Assembly: GCA_964584965.1 (NCBI GenBank)
Contig: CAZPBM010000023.1
Span: 713-64,712 of the forward strand
Reading direction: 5' to 3'
Source of the DNA: an uncultured Candidatus Bathyarchaeia archaeon
Lineage (GTDB): Archaea; Thermoproteota; Bathyarchaeia; Bathyarchaeales; DTEX01
Length of the DNA: 64,000 nt
Position 1 is the stretch's first letter; each line of letters starts with the position of its first letter. The translations under genes were made by a program, and so were the position numbers. Positions 36,450 through 46,874 of this stretch are shown piece by piece. Under the pieces are notes generated by a model. That model was not told where the DNA came from. It did not search any database and worked only from the letters and a program-made list of their open reading frames with translations.

Positions 36450-37862
36450 GTGGTGTATGGTGAACTGTGTTTGAGGGACTTGCTTGAGTTAATTGTTCAA
36501 AAAGGCTTGAAGGCTGGTGCAAGCTTCTGCGAGGCAAGGTTCTTCGAGGAAAGAGCCAAGTACATTTCCGTCGAAAACGGCGTGGCAAAGTCGATGTCGT
36601 CGGGAATTCTGCACGGTGTCGGCGTAAGAGTCATAGTTAACGGGAAATGGGGGTTCGCGTCGACGAATGTTTCAACAAAAATAAGTGTCGAAAGAGCTCT
36701 TTACGATGCGATTGGAGGAGCAAAATCCATTTCAGCCCAGAAAGGCGAGGAAGCCGAGATTGTAGACCAGAAACCCGTCGTCGACACTGTTGTTCACGAG
36801 GTGAAGTTGAACCCAGACGACGTAAGCGAGGAAGAAAAAGTCAAAAGGATGCTTGAAATCGAGAAAGCTTCTCGAACATACAGCGAAAAGGTGAAAGACA
36901 CCTTCGTAAGCTACCGTGAAGTTTTGTCAAAAATTATGGTTCACAACTCTTTCGGCACCCTAGTTGAGGAAACCACTCCTAGAATCATGGTTTACTGCAA
37001 CGTAATCTCGAAGGAAGGCACAAACATGCAAAGCGGTTTTGAATCAAAAGGAAACGTCGCAGGCTATGAGCTCGTGGAAACCATAGAGATCGAAAAATTT
37101 TCGTTGAAGGCAGCTGAAACAGCTGTGAAACTACTTGAGGCCAGTCCCCCTCCTAGAGGCACATTCACAGTGGTTGTTGACCCGGATGTTGGCGGACTTT
37201 TCGTCCACGAAGCTTTCGGGCACAACAGCGAAGGAGACCTAGTGTTTGGAGGTCAATCCATAATCGCGGATAAGATGGGTCAAAAGGTGGCAAGTGACCT
37301 TGTCACAATCTGGGATGACCCGACTATTCATAAAAATGGGCATTTTGTTTACGACCACGAGGGAACTAAGGCTGAGCCACACCTTATTGTTAATAAAGGA
37401 ATTCTAGTTGGGTACCTTCACTCTTTGGAGTCAGCTGCGAAGCTTGGCGGTAAGCCTCAGGGCAGCGCAAGAGCTCAAAACCATCACAGTTCACCCATAA
37501 TTCGGATGTCGAACACCTACTTCGCAGCTGGAGACATGAGCCTTGAAGAAGTTCTTGAGGACGTGAAAACAGGTGTCTTCTTGTCTGGCTCCCAGTATGG
37601 ATACGTGGAAACTCAAAAGGGCCAGTTCACATGCAAGGCTGAGCAAGGCTGGCTCATACGAAACGGCGAACTGAGTGAGCACCTCAGAGACGTAGCCATC
37701 AACGGGCTTACTTTGGACGCGCTTAAAAACGTCTCGGCGGTCTCTAATGAAGTAAGAATTGAGATGCCAGGCATGTGTGGAAAAAGTGGGCAAAGCATGT
37801 ACGTTGACGCAGGAGCGCCGTACATGAGGTTTGAAGGCATAGTTGTGGGAGGAAGAAGGTGA
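36450..37862 (+). CDS. tldD: TldD family metalloprotease
   Basis: The zinc motif HEAFGHNSEGD (HExxxH) is present. The protein is 470 aa and starts at GTG. Confidence 0.9.
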   Translation: MVYGELCLRDLLELIVQKGLKAGASFCEARFFEERAKYISVENGVAKSMSSGILHGVGVRVIVNGKWGFASTNVSTKISVERALYDAIGGAKSISAQKGEEAEIVDQKPVVDTVVHEVKLNPDDVSEEEKVKRMLEIEKASRTYSEKVKDTFVSYREVLSKIMVHNSFGTLVEETTPRIMVYCNVISKEGTNMQSGFESKGNVAGYELVETIEIEKFSLKAAETAVKLLEASPPPRGTFTVVVDPDVGGLFVHEAFGHNSEGDLVFGGQSIIADKMGQKVASDLVTIWDDPTIHKNGHFVYDHEGTKAEPHLIVNKGILVGYLHSLESAAKLGGKPQGSARAQNHHSSPIIRMSNTYFAAGDMSLEEVLEDVKTGVFLSGSQYGYVETQKGQFTCKAEQGWLIRNGELSEHLRDVAINGLTLDALKNVSAVSNEVRIEMPGMCGKSGQSMYVDAGAPYMRFEGIVVGGRR

Positions 37863-39211
37863 AAAATATGGAAGAAATCGATATACGGTCGCCAGTTGAA
37901 AAAGCGGCAAAAATGTTGTCTAAGATGAATCTTGATTTCTTCGATGTCTACGCTGCTTATTCTCGCTCGTTAAGCATCGAAGTTCTAGGTAAAGGAATCA
38001 AGGAAGCCGTGTCTCGAACCGACTTAGGACTGGGCGTAAGAGCCTACAAAAACAAGGGTCTTGGAGTCGCCTATTCTCAGAGCCTAAAGACTGAAGACAT
38101 CGAAACCACTGTCCGCAAAGCTGTAAGCTTCGCAACGGTTGCACAGCCAGACCCACACTTCAAGGGTATGCCAGGCCCTTCGAAGGCTCCTAAGGTTGAA
38201 GGACTCTGCGACCCCGAAGTTGCCTCTCTTTCATTAGATGATGCTGGAAAATTGGTTAAGAACATGATAGAAGCAGTGGAGAGCGTTAGAAAAGGTGCAA
38301 TGTATGCTGGAGGGTTAGGAGCTGGTCACATGAAAGGGTTTTTGGTAACTTCCACTGGGGTATCGGTTGAGGCTGAGAAGACATCGGTTTCTGCAGCCAT
38401 AGTTCCCACGTACAAGGAAGGTGACGACATTGGAAGTTCATCTGAGTACGACTATGCAATTTCTCTGAAGGAAATAGACTTCGAAAAAATCGGCAAACAA
38501 GCAGCGGAAAAAGCCATCGAACAGTTCGGTTCAGAACGAGTTGAAAGCGGAATCCTGCCAATTATTCTTACCCCAGAGTCTTCAAGTTCCCTTGTCTTCA
38601 GCCTACTAGGCGCCATTTCAGGAGAGTCCGTGGTTAAAGGTAGAACATATGCGTCAGGCTGCCTTGGAAAACAGATTGCACCACCATTCTTTTCAGTTGT
38701 GGATGACGGAACCATTCCAGGCGCGATTTCCAGCGGAGCCTTTGATGGCGAAGGCGTTCCGAGAAGACGGGTGGTGGCCATAGAAAAAGGCGTTGTTAAA
38801 ACATTTCTACATAACTATTACTCGGCGGGAATTTTAGGAGTTGAGCCAACCGGACACGCGGTTAGAGGCGGCTACGGGGGACACGTAGGGGCTGGGCCGA
38901 CCAACGTTCAGGTTGAGCCTGGAGACAGCACGCTTGACGAGATGGTTGCAGAAACTAAAACTGGAATCCTCGCTACAAACATGAGCTTCACGCCGAACAC
39001 TGTCTCAGGAGAGTTCTCAAGCACCATAGACGAAGGGTTCCTCATAAAAAACGGTGAGAAAAAGCATCCGGTTAAAAATCTGATGGTAGGCGGGCACATG
39101 CTGGAACTGTTTCGAGACATCGAACTTGTGTCAAAAGAGGGACGAACCATCGGGAAAGGCTACTTTTTCCCCAACATTAAGCTGAAACAAATAAAGCTGG
39201 CAGGCAAATAG
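37859..39211 (+). CDS. pmbA: PmbA/TldE family protein (TldD partner)
   Basis: It is a 450-aa TldD paralog lacking HExxxH. A 4-nt overlap (GTGA) joins it to tldD, and the C-terminal beta-rich region is conserved (GEFSSTIDEGFLIKNGE). Confidence 0.85.
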   Translation: MKNMEEIDIRSPVEKAAKMLSKMNLDFFDVYAAYSRSLSIEVLGKGIKEAVSRTDLGLGVRAYKNKGLGVAYSQSLKTEDIETTVRKAVSFATVAQPDPHFKGMPGPSKAPKVEGLCDPEVASLSLDDAGKLVKNMIEAVESVRKGAMYAGGLGAGHMKGFLVTSTGVSVEAEKTSVSAAIVPTYKEGDDIGSSSEYDYAISLKEIDFEKIGKQAAEKAIEQFGSERVESGILPIILTPESSSSLVFSLLGAISGESVVKGRTYASGCLGKQIAPPFFSVVDDGTIPGAISSGAFDGEGVPRRRVVAIEKGVVKTFLHNYYSAGILGVEPTGHAVRGGYGGHVGAGPTNVQVEPGDSTLDEMVAETKTGILATNMSFTPNTVSGEFSSTIDEGFLIKNGEKKHPVKNLMVGGHMLELFRDIELVSKEGRTIGKGYFFPNIKLKQIKLAGK

Positions 39212-39318
39212 AACAGGGATTAACAGATAATGGTTAGCCAAGATTAAAAGGAACCAAGAAGTTACAAACCATTGTTCTATTTTTTGAACACACTGTTCTG
39301 ATATATGGTAATATACCC

Positions 39319-40392
39319 ATGTTTAACCGAAATATGTATGAAAACGAAATGAACCTGAAACTAGCTGTAGGATTACTTGTCGCCATCATCATAAGCACAG
39401 TAGGCACAGCCTTAGCTCTGTCCGGCGTGGCGTCCAAGTCGAACTCGCCTATAGTTTGTCCTGATGCTGCCCACGATCTTTCAGGCCCTTACGTTTGGAC
39501 GCACGTCGGCACAAGAAGCGAAAACTTCAATTGGCGATGCTTAGTGTGCGGCTACACTTGGACTCATAGCTATCCGCAAGACGCTTACGAGGCTTGGCGG
39601 GACGCTTTTCTGGAACCCAGCTTTGTTCGAAATTATGTATTGTTGTACCTAAAGAATGTTCTTGAGCTGGAAGTCTCAGACCCCTTAAAGGTTATCTGGA
39701 CGGGTGGAAGAGAAACGCCCTTGGATCTGCTTGGTTACGAGACTTACGTTTACAGGGCTGATGGCACTATTGTGACAATCAGTTACCCGGTTGTTCTGCC
39801 AAAAGACACGGTCTACGCAATTAAGGTTGAAGCACACAGCGAAACAGTTTGGCAGGGAGCTCTTCACCAAAGAAGGTTTAACGAGTTGGCGACTGTAGAT
39901 ATCTCGCAGACAATAAATGACTATTACCACGGCTTAGGAATCTTCGAAAGAGGCATCCACGTAATCGCGACTGACCACGATCCAATGTCGCCTGTGGCCA
40001 AACTCTCGGGCATAGACTGGCAAGAGTTGAAGGCACATGAGACTACGAAAGCTTCAACCAACGACTTCATCAGCTTAATCATCTCACGTGGTGACTTCCC
40101 AACAGGTGGATACACGATAAAGGTTAAATCGTTTAGTTGGCTGGAGCCTTTCCCTTTGAGGCTTAGGTTCGAGGTCAACTTTACGAACCCAGGCGAAGGA
40201 GTACCTGTAACAGAGGCTTTCACTAACCCGTTGGTCTTCATACCTTTAGGAAGGCTTAGCCCCGGAGAATACGAGGTTCAAGTTCACATAGACACGTATA
40301 TTCTTACGTACGACGAGAACAGGAATCCGGTTTACACTTTGATTTTAACATTCAAAGAAGAGCTTTGGACGGCAGCCTTTATTGTTGAATAG
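39319..40392 (+). CDS. Membrane-anchored hypothetical protein with possible PrcB_C-like C-terminal domain
   Basis: The N-terminal TM is LAVGLLVAIIISTVGTALALSGVA. The C-terminal stretch LIISRGDFPTGGYTIKVKSF resembles the G-x-x-P-TGGY-x-I motif of PrcB C-terminal domains. This comparison is from memory and is weak. Confidence 0.4.
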   Translation: MFNRNMYENEMNLKLAVGLLVAIIISTVGTALALSGVASKSNSPIVCPDAAHDLSGPYVWTHVGTRSENFNWRCLVCGYTWTHSYPQDAYEAWRDAFLEPSFVRNYVLLYLKNVLELEVSDPLKVIWTGGRETPLDLLGYETYVYRADGTIVTISYPVVLPKDTVYAIKVEAHSETVWQGALHQRRFNELATVDISQTINDYYHGLGIFERGIHVIATDHDPMSPVAKLSGIDWQELKAHETTKASTNDFISLIISRGDFPTGGYTIKVKSFSWLEPFPLRLRFEVNFTNPGEGVPVTEAFTNPLVFIPLGRLSPGEYEVQVHIDTYILTYDENRNPVYTLILTFKEELWTAAFIVE

Positions 40393-40512
40393 GCACGAGT
40401 TCCTCTAGAGAAGTGCTGACAGATTCGAACAGCTAGTGCCAAAAAGCGTCTTTTCCCTTAATCCTAATAAAGATAAGGAGCATAGCAAAATAAGGTACTA
40501 AACAAAAAACGG

Positions 40513-41340
40513 ATGAATACAAATACTAATTATTTGTTATGCACTATATTATTTATGGGAGAGGCTAACAGAATGAAGGTAAAAAAAGTAACAGCGGAAG
40601 ACATTAGTTCAACGTTTTGTTGCGCCAAAGAGTTTCCACTAGGCACGGATTGGATTAAGTATCTGCCTGATGCAAGAGAGTGGCTAAAAGCAAACCTTGG
40701 AACATGCATTGAAGGCTATCATCTGCTAGACGGAGATAATGTTGTCGGCCTTGTTTATTGGGCTAGGTCAGAAAACGCTCTTGTGCCCTATATCGTTGAG
40801 CCTGGCGTTGCCTGCATCTACTGTACTGAGTTACTGAGCAGCTATAAGCATAAGGGACATGGCAGAATGATGATGAACTACGTGAAGAACGACCTTAAAC
40901 AACAGGGATTCAAGGGAATTTTTGTTCCTGCAACAAACTTTGAGGTTTATATGTTCTATAAAGACTTTGAAAAACAAGGGTTCAACATAATCAAAGAGCA
41001 CCCACCTATTAAGGTCATGTATTATCCTCTGAAAAAAGAAGACATAGAAGTAAGCATAGTGGAGCTTAACTATAAACCATCAACCGATAAGGTTGAGGTT
41101 ACGCTTTTCCGAAACTTCATGTGCCCAGTAAATGTTAGCATGTACCGCATGATAAAAGAAGTCGCTGAAAGCTTCGGAGACAAAGTAAAAATAGTCGAGC
41201 TTAATGCAACGTTAGAAACAGTTCGAAAATATGGGACAACCGACCCATTAATAAATGGGAAAATGAAATTTTGGGGACCAGCCTCAGAAAAAACCGTGAA
41301 AAACGCGATACAAGAAGAAGTCAATAAAATCAAGGTCTAA
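40513..41340 (+). CDS. GNAT-like acetyltransferase fused to a thioredoxin-fold-like C-terminal domain
   Basis: The GNAT-like core is VVGLVYWA...HKGHGRMMMNYVKNDLKQQGFKGIFV. The C-terminal ~80 aa (VEVTLFRNFMCPVNVSMYRMIKEVAESFGDKVKIVELN...INGKMKFWG) resemble small thioredoxin_3-type proteins but carry a single Cys. The likely start is MKVKK at 40573. Confidence 0.5.
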   Translation: MNTNTNYLLCTILFMGEANRMKVKKVTAEDISSTFCCAKEFPLGTDWIKYLPDAREWLKANLGTCIEGYHLLDGDNVVGLVYWARSENALVPYIVEPGVACIYCTELLSSYKHKGHGRMMMNYVKNDLKQQGFKGIFVPATNFEVYMFYKDFEKQGFNIIKEHPPIKVMYYPLKKEDIEVSIVELNYKPSTDKVEVTLFRNFMCPVNVSMYRMIKEVAESFGDKVKIVELNATLETVRKYGTTDPLINGKMKFWGPASEKTVKNAIQEEVNKIKV

Positions 41341-41408
41341 GAAATGAATAAGTTGGGATTTATAAAGAGCGAATCTTTTTTATCGTGGCTTCATTAGCAT
41401 AAAAGTTT

Positions 41409-42347
41409 CTAGAAAAGGTTAGTGAGGAAGTATGATACAGCTAAACTTAATAATGGAGCTAAAAGCCATCCTGCTGTAATGTTTCTTAAAAACCGGGTGT
41501 TTGTAAGCGATATTTCTTTGATTATGATTACACCTAGGACACTACCGACCAGTGCTTGGGTAATTGACACTGGAAGCCCAAACTGCGTAAACAAATGAAC
41601 TGTTAAAGCACTACTGAGTTGTGCTGTTAGAGCAGTTGAGGGACTTAAGCCTGTGATTCCTTTGCCAACTGACTCAGTGATTCCGCGGCTTAAAAAGTAG
41701 ATTCCTAGAGCTGTTGCTAAACCAAACATTATTGCTCCGGCACTCTCGTCTCCAATAAAAGGTTTGAAGATTCCATTAATAAGGCCAACGGTGTTTGCGC
41801 CTAGTCCGTATGCCACGTAAAACGAAAGAGCCATAGTTGTTTTGCTATGAACGTAGTTTGCCATAAGAATATTTTCAGTGACCCTTGTGACTCGTTTAAC
41901 AGTCTCATTAACCACTATTGCCAAAAAAGCTGCGAAAAAAGGCGTGATTATCCAAGATGCGAAAATTACTGTGGTGAACCCCCAATTTACGCCAATTCCT
42001 CTTCCTAATCCAATTCCGATGGCGGAACCGACGAGGCCTTCTGACAGAGGTAGGGGTAAGTGAAAAAGGGACGCAATAGTCATCACAATTAGTGTCGTAA
42101 TTATTAGAACTGAGATTGATTCAAAACTTAATTCGGCAAGAACACCTTCAGATAATACTTTAGATAGCTTAGTTCCCTCGAACACGGCTCCAAGAACGAC
42201 ACCTAACGACGCAAGAAAAATGGAAGATGAATAACTAAAGAACCCTGCGCCTACACCGGCTCCTAAGCATGCTGAAGCGTTGTTGGCACCTAGCACTACG
42301 CAAACGAGGAGACCTACTGAAATAAGGAGAATAACCTCAAACAGCAT
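41409..42347 (-). CDS. Inorganic phosphate transporter, PiT family
   Basis: GANNASACLGAGVGAG is a variant of the GANDxAN motif. The 312-aa polytopic protein is adjacent to its usual DUF47 partner. Confidence 0.85.
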   Translation of the reverse strand: MLFEVILLISVGLLVCVVLGANNASACLGAGVGAGFFSYSSSIFLASLGVVLGAVFEGTKLSKVLSEGVLAELSFESISVLIITTLIVMTIASLFHLPLPLSEGLVGSAIGIGLGRGIGVNWGFTTVIFASWIITPFFAAFLAIVVNETVKRVTRVTENILMANYVHSKTTMALSFYVAYGLGANTVGLINGIFKPFIGDESAGAIMFGLATALGIYFLSRGITESVGKGITGLSPSTALTAQLSSALTVHLFTQFGLPVSITQALVGSVLGVIIIKEISLTNTRFLRNITAGWLLAPLLSLAVSYFLTNLF

Positions 42348-43069
42348 TATGCTCTCGCCTTCGTTATGATTGCTATCAATGTCTCTGATGAATGTGCAGA
42401 AGCGTCTGCTATTTCGTCAAGGGTAAGTACGAATTCCTTTAGTTCCAAAAGCGTTAATATGTCAATCTCCGACTTTCGAGAAAACAATCTTTTCAGCAAG
42501 TTCCACTTTATGTCGTCAGCTTCCTCCTCGAGTTCCTTAACTTGAATAGACATGTTAATTGAATCTTCAGCGTTTTTCTCAAGCTCAGTAACAGCTTTTT
42601 TCAATGCTGTAACGGATTCTACGATTTTATCGAAGAAAATATTGAATTGCGTATCTGAATCTTCTCTCAACATTTTAGTAAACGTGTCCAGTTCGTTTCT
42701 ATCGAGGATTTGAGAACCATCCTTAGCAAAGTCAGCGATATTATCTATGCTTTCGAAGAGCTTAATGAAGTCCTCACGTAAGCCAGAAAACAAGGCTCCT
42801 TCACATATTGCGACTAACGATTTTAAATGAGATTCATCGGCAAATGCCTCATGCACCGAGATCATTTCTATTCTTGCTTTAATCACGCTTGGCAAACACG
42901 TTGTTGAATCGCTGGGTTTACTTGTAATTGAGGAGATTAGTGACTCAAGTTCATCTATTACTTTGAGTACCGCATCAAGGTGCTGAACGAGAAGTTGGTA
43001 GACCCGTTTTTCTTTTCGTCCAAACAAGTTAAAAGACGATTTTCGAGACAGCATTCTTTTTTTCACCAT
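42347..43069 (-). CDS. DUF47 (PhoU-like) phosphate-transport accessory protein
   Basis: The N-terminus FNLFGRKEKRVYQLLVQHLDAVLKVIDEL is typical of TIGR00153/DUF47. The protein is helical, 240 aa, and overlaps the PiT start. Confidence 0.8.
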   Translation of the reverse strand: MVKKRMLSRKSSFNLFGRKEKRVYQLLVQHLDAVLKVIDELESLISSITSKPSDSTTCLPSVIKARIEMISVHEAFADESHLKSLVAICEGALFSGLREDFIKLFESIDNIADFAKDGSQILDRNELDTFTKMLREDSDTQFNIFFDKIVESVTALKKAVTELEKNAEDSINMSIQVKELEEEADDIKWNLLKRLFSRKSEIDILTLLELKEFVLTLDEIADASAHSSETLIAIITKARA

Positions 43070-43077
43070 TTCTTACT

Positions 43078-44340
43078 TTAGATATTAGTTTGATGACTCT
43101 GAAAGTCGTAGAAACCATTTTTATCAAGATACATTATTAAATTCGGGCAGTTCATTGCTTTCCACTTTTTTAAGGCTTCATACGCGTGTACTATTACATT
43201 TATCAGACACCCATCTTTCGACGGATCAAGATCGCAAGATAAAGAAACAGTTTGTGCAGGCTCATCCATCTTGATTTCGTTTATTAGAAAACCAGCTGCA
43301 ATCGTAAGGCAAAAGTTTAGAGGAATTAAGCCCTGTTCCATGACGAATCTTGCAGTTCTTGTTAGACGTGCATCTGAACCTCCAATTTTCTCCATAGATG
43401 ATCTTATGCCCCTATCAATCTTGTCGCAAAAATAGCGATCGGTCATTCTAAAAAATATATCGTTAACATATGCCTCATACCCCTTCATAGAAAAGAATCT
43501 ACGATATTTTTTAACTAATGCCTCCCCAATCTCGCAAATCATCGCTCGGTTGAAGATTGTTTTTATGCCCTCATCTGCACCCGCCTCCCATATGTAATCG
43601 TATCCCTTAAGTTTACCTAGATAAGCCAGAGTTGCATGACCACCGTTATGCGCAAAGGTTTTTTTGTTTCGTTCAGCCTCGAATTGGTATGAACCTAGTA
43701 GTTGCACATTCTTAAGACGTATTTTGGGTTCAACAAGTGAATTCGCATCGATTAAGAGATCGCCTTCAGTTTCAACTTCGATCACGACGTCCACGCCGTC
43801 TGCGATTGGTTGAAGAACGCTTTCTTTGACCGATGTTTTCTTGCACATCTTGCTGATGACGGTATTGGAAAACCCCGTTTCTTCAGAGACTGTCCGAAGA
43901 TCTTTAGCAGACAAAGAGAAACCCTCAAGGTATCTTAAGACCCCATCTCTTAAAATAGCACTGGGATCATGCAGGTTTTCACAGCATATCACGTTAAGAG
44001 GTCTCCATTTTTTCAGCCGATAAACAAGCCCTTCTGCTAAGACTTCTGAAATGGCTGAAAGCGCGTTTCCTCCCGCTGCTGTAAAAACCGCATCCGTGTT
44101 CTTGATGGCTTTAAAAATTTTTTCGCGATCTGAGAATGGAATTCCGTTGACATTTTTTACTGTGACAACCTTTGGAGATGGGCCTGCAATGTTAAACTTG
44201 TAGTGTTTGTTTGTGCAAATCGCTGAAATTATTTGTGGGTCAACATCAACAAACGTGGTTTTGTAATTGCTTTGGCTGAGGATGCTGCCTAAAAACCCTA
44301 ATCCAATAGCACCAGCGCCGAAAACGATTGCCTGATTCAT
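43078..44340 (-). CDS. Mannitol dehydrogenase family protein (MtlD-like)
   Basis: The Rossmann motif is IVFGAGAIGLGFLG. LNVICCENL and FAHNGGHATLAYLGKLKGYDYIWEA mirror the layout of mannitol-1-phosphate 5-dehydrogenase. Confidence 0.75.
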   Translation of the reverse strand: MNQAIVFGAGAIGLGFLGSILSQSNYKTTFVDVDPQIISAICTNKHYKFNIAGPSPKVVTVKNVNGIPFSDREKIFKAIKNTDAVFTAAGGNALSAISEVLAEGLVYRLKKWRPLNVICCENLHDPSAILRDGVLRYLEGFSLSAKDLRTVSEETGFSNTVISKMCKKTSVKESVLQPIADGVDVVIEVETEGDLLIDANSLVEPKIRLKNVQLLGSYQFEAERNKKTFAHNGGHATLAYLGKLKGYDYIWEAGADEGIKTIFNRAMICEIGEALVKKYRRFFSMKGYEAYVNDIFFRMTDRYFCDKIDRGIRSSMEKIGGSDARLTRTARFVMEQGLIPLNFCLTIAAGFLINEIKMDEPAQTVSLSCDLDPSKDGCLINVIVHAYEALKKWKAMNCPNLIMYLDKNGFYDFQSHQTNI

Positions 44341-44344
44341 AGCC

Positions 44345-45499
44345 CTATTCTTCCATTCTTAGAATTGGCTTCAACCCATCTTCCTTGGCTGTGAAAAACT
44401 CCGTTGGTGAATCATCTAACGTCCAGATACGTTTGGAACATAATCCATCCAGCGCCAATTTGCTTGAACCTAACCAGCTGATTATTGTTTCCATCGAACG
44501 AGTTGAGCATCCGCTTGTCCCTATGGTTTTCGCTATCCTATAGTGGTGGTTATCCATGTTTGCATCGCTTACCTTTTCATGCGTTCCGCCAAAACATGCG
44601 CCAACAGCGTATCCCTCAGGCGAGTATAATTCCAGCATCAATTTTTGTGCATCAGGATCTGAACACGCAGCAACAACATCGTCCAACAGGTGTCCGTCAG
44701 TAAGCCTACTTACATCCTCAACTATTTCTGAATGAGTTTTGCCAGATATGTTGACTGCTATGAACTCTTTGTCCACCTTTTTCACGAGTTCCTCCTTTTC
44801 CGATGAGCGTACGAACACAAAGACTCTCTTAGCTCCTTCCAACTTTGCCAGACGTGCATAAATGAAGCTTACCGTTCCTGAGCCGATGACGCCTGTATAT
44901 CCGCCTGGAAGAATACCAGATCTAAAAACGTGCCGCCCCTCTTGATCTACCCCAACGGGGTGAGGAGTAGAAAAAATGGATTCGAGAGCACAGGCCGCAG
45001 GCTCCACCAATATTGCAGCTTCTTCAGAAAAACCTTCAGGTATTCGAAGCACAGAACTTGAGCGAATGAGAGGTTCTGGGATCTTCATGTATTGACTGTA
45101 TCCCCCGTCAATGTAGAAGCTCAGAATCGTAATCGGATCTTGGATAAGCATAAGGTGGTTGCAGTATCGAGCTATCCTAGACTGCACAGTAACTTTCTCG
45201 CCTATTTTAAAGGCCAAGTATTCATTTGTTAACCGTTCTCCTTCTTTGTACCCGATACCTTCATGTAGGTTTCTAACATTTGAACCAACCTCGACAATTT
45301 CGCCAACAATCTCATGCCCAAGTACAATAGGCGCGTGAGGATCAACTTTTGGATGTCCTTTCTTAAAAATCACTTGATCCGTGCCACATCTGCCGCAAGC
45401 TTTTATTTTTATTACTACGTCGTTTGATCCGCATTTGATCTCTTTTTTTTCTAATCTAACGTCGTATGGTGCATAGTAAACGAAGGCTTTGGACTTCAT
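44345..45499 (-). CDS. Zinc-dependent medium-chain alcohol/polyol dehydrogenase
   Basis: CGRCGTD, GHEIVGEIVEVG and the nucleotide loop VIGSGTVS are present. Confidence 0.85.
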   Translation of the reverse strand: MKSKAFVYYAPYDVRLEKKEIKCGSNDVVIKIKACGRCGTDQVIFKKGHPKVDPHAPIVLGHEIVGEIVEVGSNVRNLHEGIGYKEGERLTNEYLAFKIGEKVTVQSRIARYCNHLMLIQDPITILSFYIDGGYSQYMKIPEPLIRSSSVLRIPEGFSEEAAILVEPAACALESIFSTPHPVGVDQEGRHVFRSGILPGGYTGVIGSGTVSFIYARLAKLEGAKRVFVFVRSSEKEELVKKVDKEFIAVNISGKTHSEIVEDVSRLTDGHLLDDVVAACSDPDAQKLMLELYSPEGYAVGACFGGTHEKVSDANMDNHHYRIAKTIGTSGCSTRSMETIISWLGSSKLALDGLCSKRIWTLDDSPTEFFTAKEDGLKPILRMEE

Positions 45500-45771
45500 A
45501 ATTTTCTACCTTGCCTTTGTTTTTACTATTGTTTTGTGGTTACCTACTTTTTAATATAACGATGTTAATGTAAAAATATTAGGATATGGGATAAAACGCC
45601 CCCATAAAATACCGTAGTAGTGTCTTGTCATGGCCAAGCAACAGTCCTTAGAAGCAATAGCATTGCACAGATCCTTAATTCGGAGTAACAACATACAGAT
45701 AATCGCTGACAATGTAGATAATGTTAATTAAGCAGAGGGTCTCACATTTCCAAATTCACGGAGGCGTCTGA

Positions 45772-46767
45772 ATGAGCCTTGACGTAATAAGCTTAGGAGA
45801 ACTTTTAGTTGAGATTATGCGAAAAGATCTAGATGTACCACATGATGTTCCAGGAATATACCAAGGACCGTTTCCAAGCGGAGCACCCGCCATATTCATC
45901 GACGCAGCAGCAAACCTGGGTTTAAACTCAGGCTTTATAGGCGTTATAGGAGACGACGATTTTGGCAATCTATTGCTTAACCGCCTAAAAAACGATGGAG
46001 TAAACACGGAATACGTCCGAATTGCTAAAGGATACACGACTGGCACAGCTTTTGTCATGTATTATTCTTCTGGTCAAAGAAAATTCATTTTTCACTTAAG
46101 ACATTCTGCGGCAGGACAACTTTGTGCAGACGACATACGTGAAGAATTTGTTTCCAAAGCAAAGGTACTTCACATTATGGGATCCTCTTTAGCTATTAAT
46201 GAAAATGTCCGAGACGCATGCTACAAGGCTGTTAACTTAGCGGGAAATACAAATGTTGTGGTGAGTTTCGACCCAAACCTTAGACCTGAACTTTTGGACG
46301 CCGAGACAATTAAAAAAATGTGCGAACCTGTAGTGAAAGTTAGTCAAGTTGCGTTTCCAAGCAAAGACGAGATAATTGCATTAACAGGAATTGATAATCC
46401 AGTTGAGGCTGCACGAAAGCTTCAAACCTTAGGTCCCGACACAGTCGTCGTCAAGATGGGCTCCATAGGCGCTTTGGTTGTTACACACAAAAAGGTCTTT
46501 TTCGAACCAGCCTTTAACGTTAAAGAGGTTGACCCAACAGGAGCAGGCGACGTCTATGACGCAGCATTCATTTACGGAGTTCTAAAAAGCCTTCCGATAG
46601 AAAAAACAGCTGAGGTTGCCAGCGCAGCAGGTGCAATAAAAGTCACAAAATTCGGGCCTATGGGATGTCCCTCCTCAATCCGCGAGATAGAGAAATTTGT
46701 GAGATGCACGCATAAGAAACCTGTGCCAAACGAAATTTTAGATTTACTAAGCGCAAATATTAAGTAA
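45772..46767 (+). CDS. PfkB family carbohydrate kinase
   Basis: The protein has N-terminal GELLVE and the C-terminal catalytic motif DPTGAGDVYDAAFIYG. Confidence 0.85.
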   Translation: MSLDVISLGELLVEIMRKDLDVPHDVPGIYQGPFPSGAPAIFIDAAANLGLNSGFIGVIGDDDFGNLLLNRLKNDGVNTEYVRIAKGYTTGTAFVMYYSSGQRKFIFHLRHSAAGQLCADDIREEFVSKAKVLHIMGSSLAINENVRDACYKAVNLAGNTNVVVSFDPNLRPELLDAETIKKMCEPVVKVSQVAFPSKDEIIALTGIDNPVEAARKLQTLGPDTVVVKMGSIGALVVTHKKVFFEPAFNVKEVDPTGAGDVYDAAFIYGVLKSLPIEKTAEVASAAGAIKVTKFGPMGCPSSIREIEKFVRCTHKKPVPNEILDLLSANIK

Positions 46768-46874
46768 TCTCGCTCACATACATAAGAAAAATTTTGATAT
46801 GCACATGTTGTTCTCTCAGTTTTTGGATACCTAGCCTCTTTAAGAGTCTTTTAATTCTAGCCCTCCTATGTAAA

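Noticed and set aside
45563-45735. The octamer ATGTTAAT is repeated in the Zn-ADH / PfkB divergent promoter.
   Set aside because: An AT-rich 8-mer occurring twice in 270 nt of AT-rich DNA is within chance expectation.
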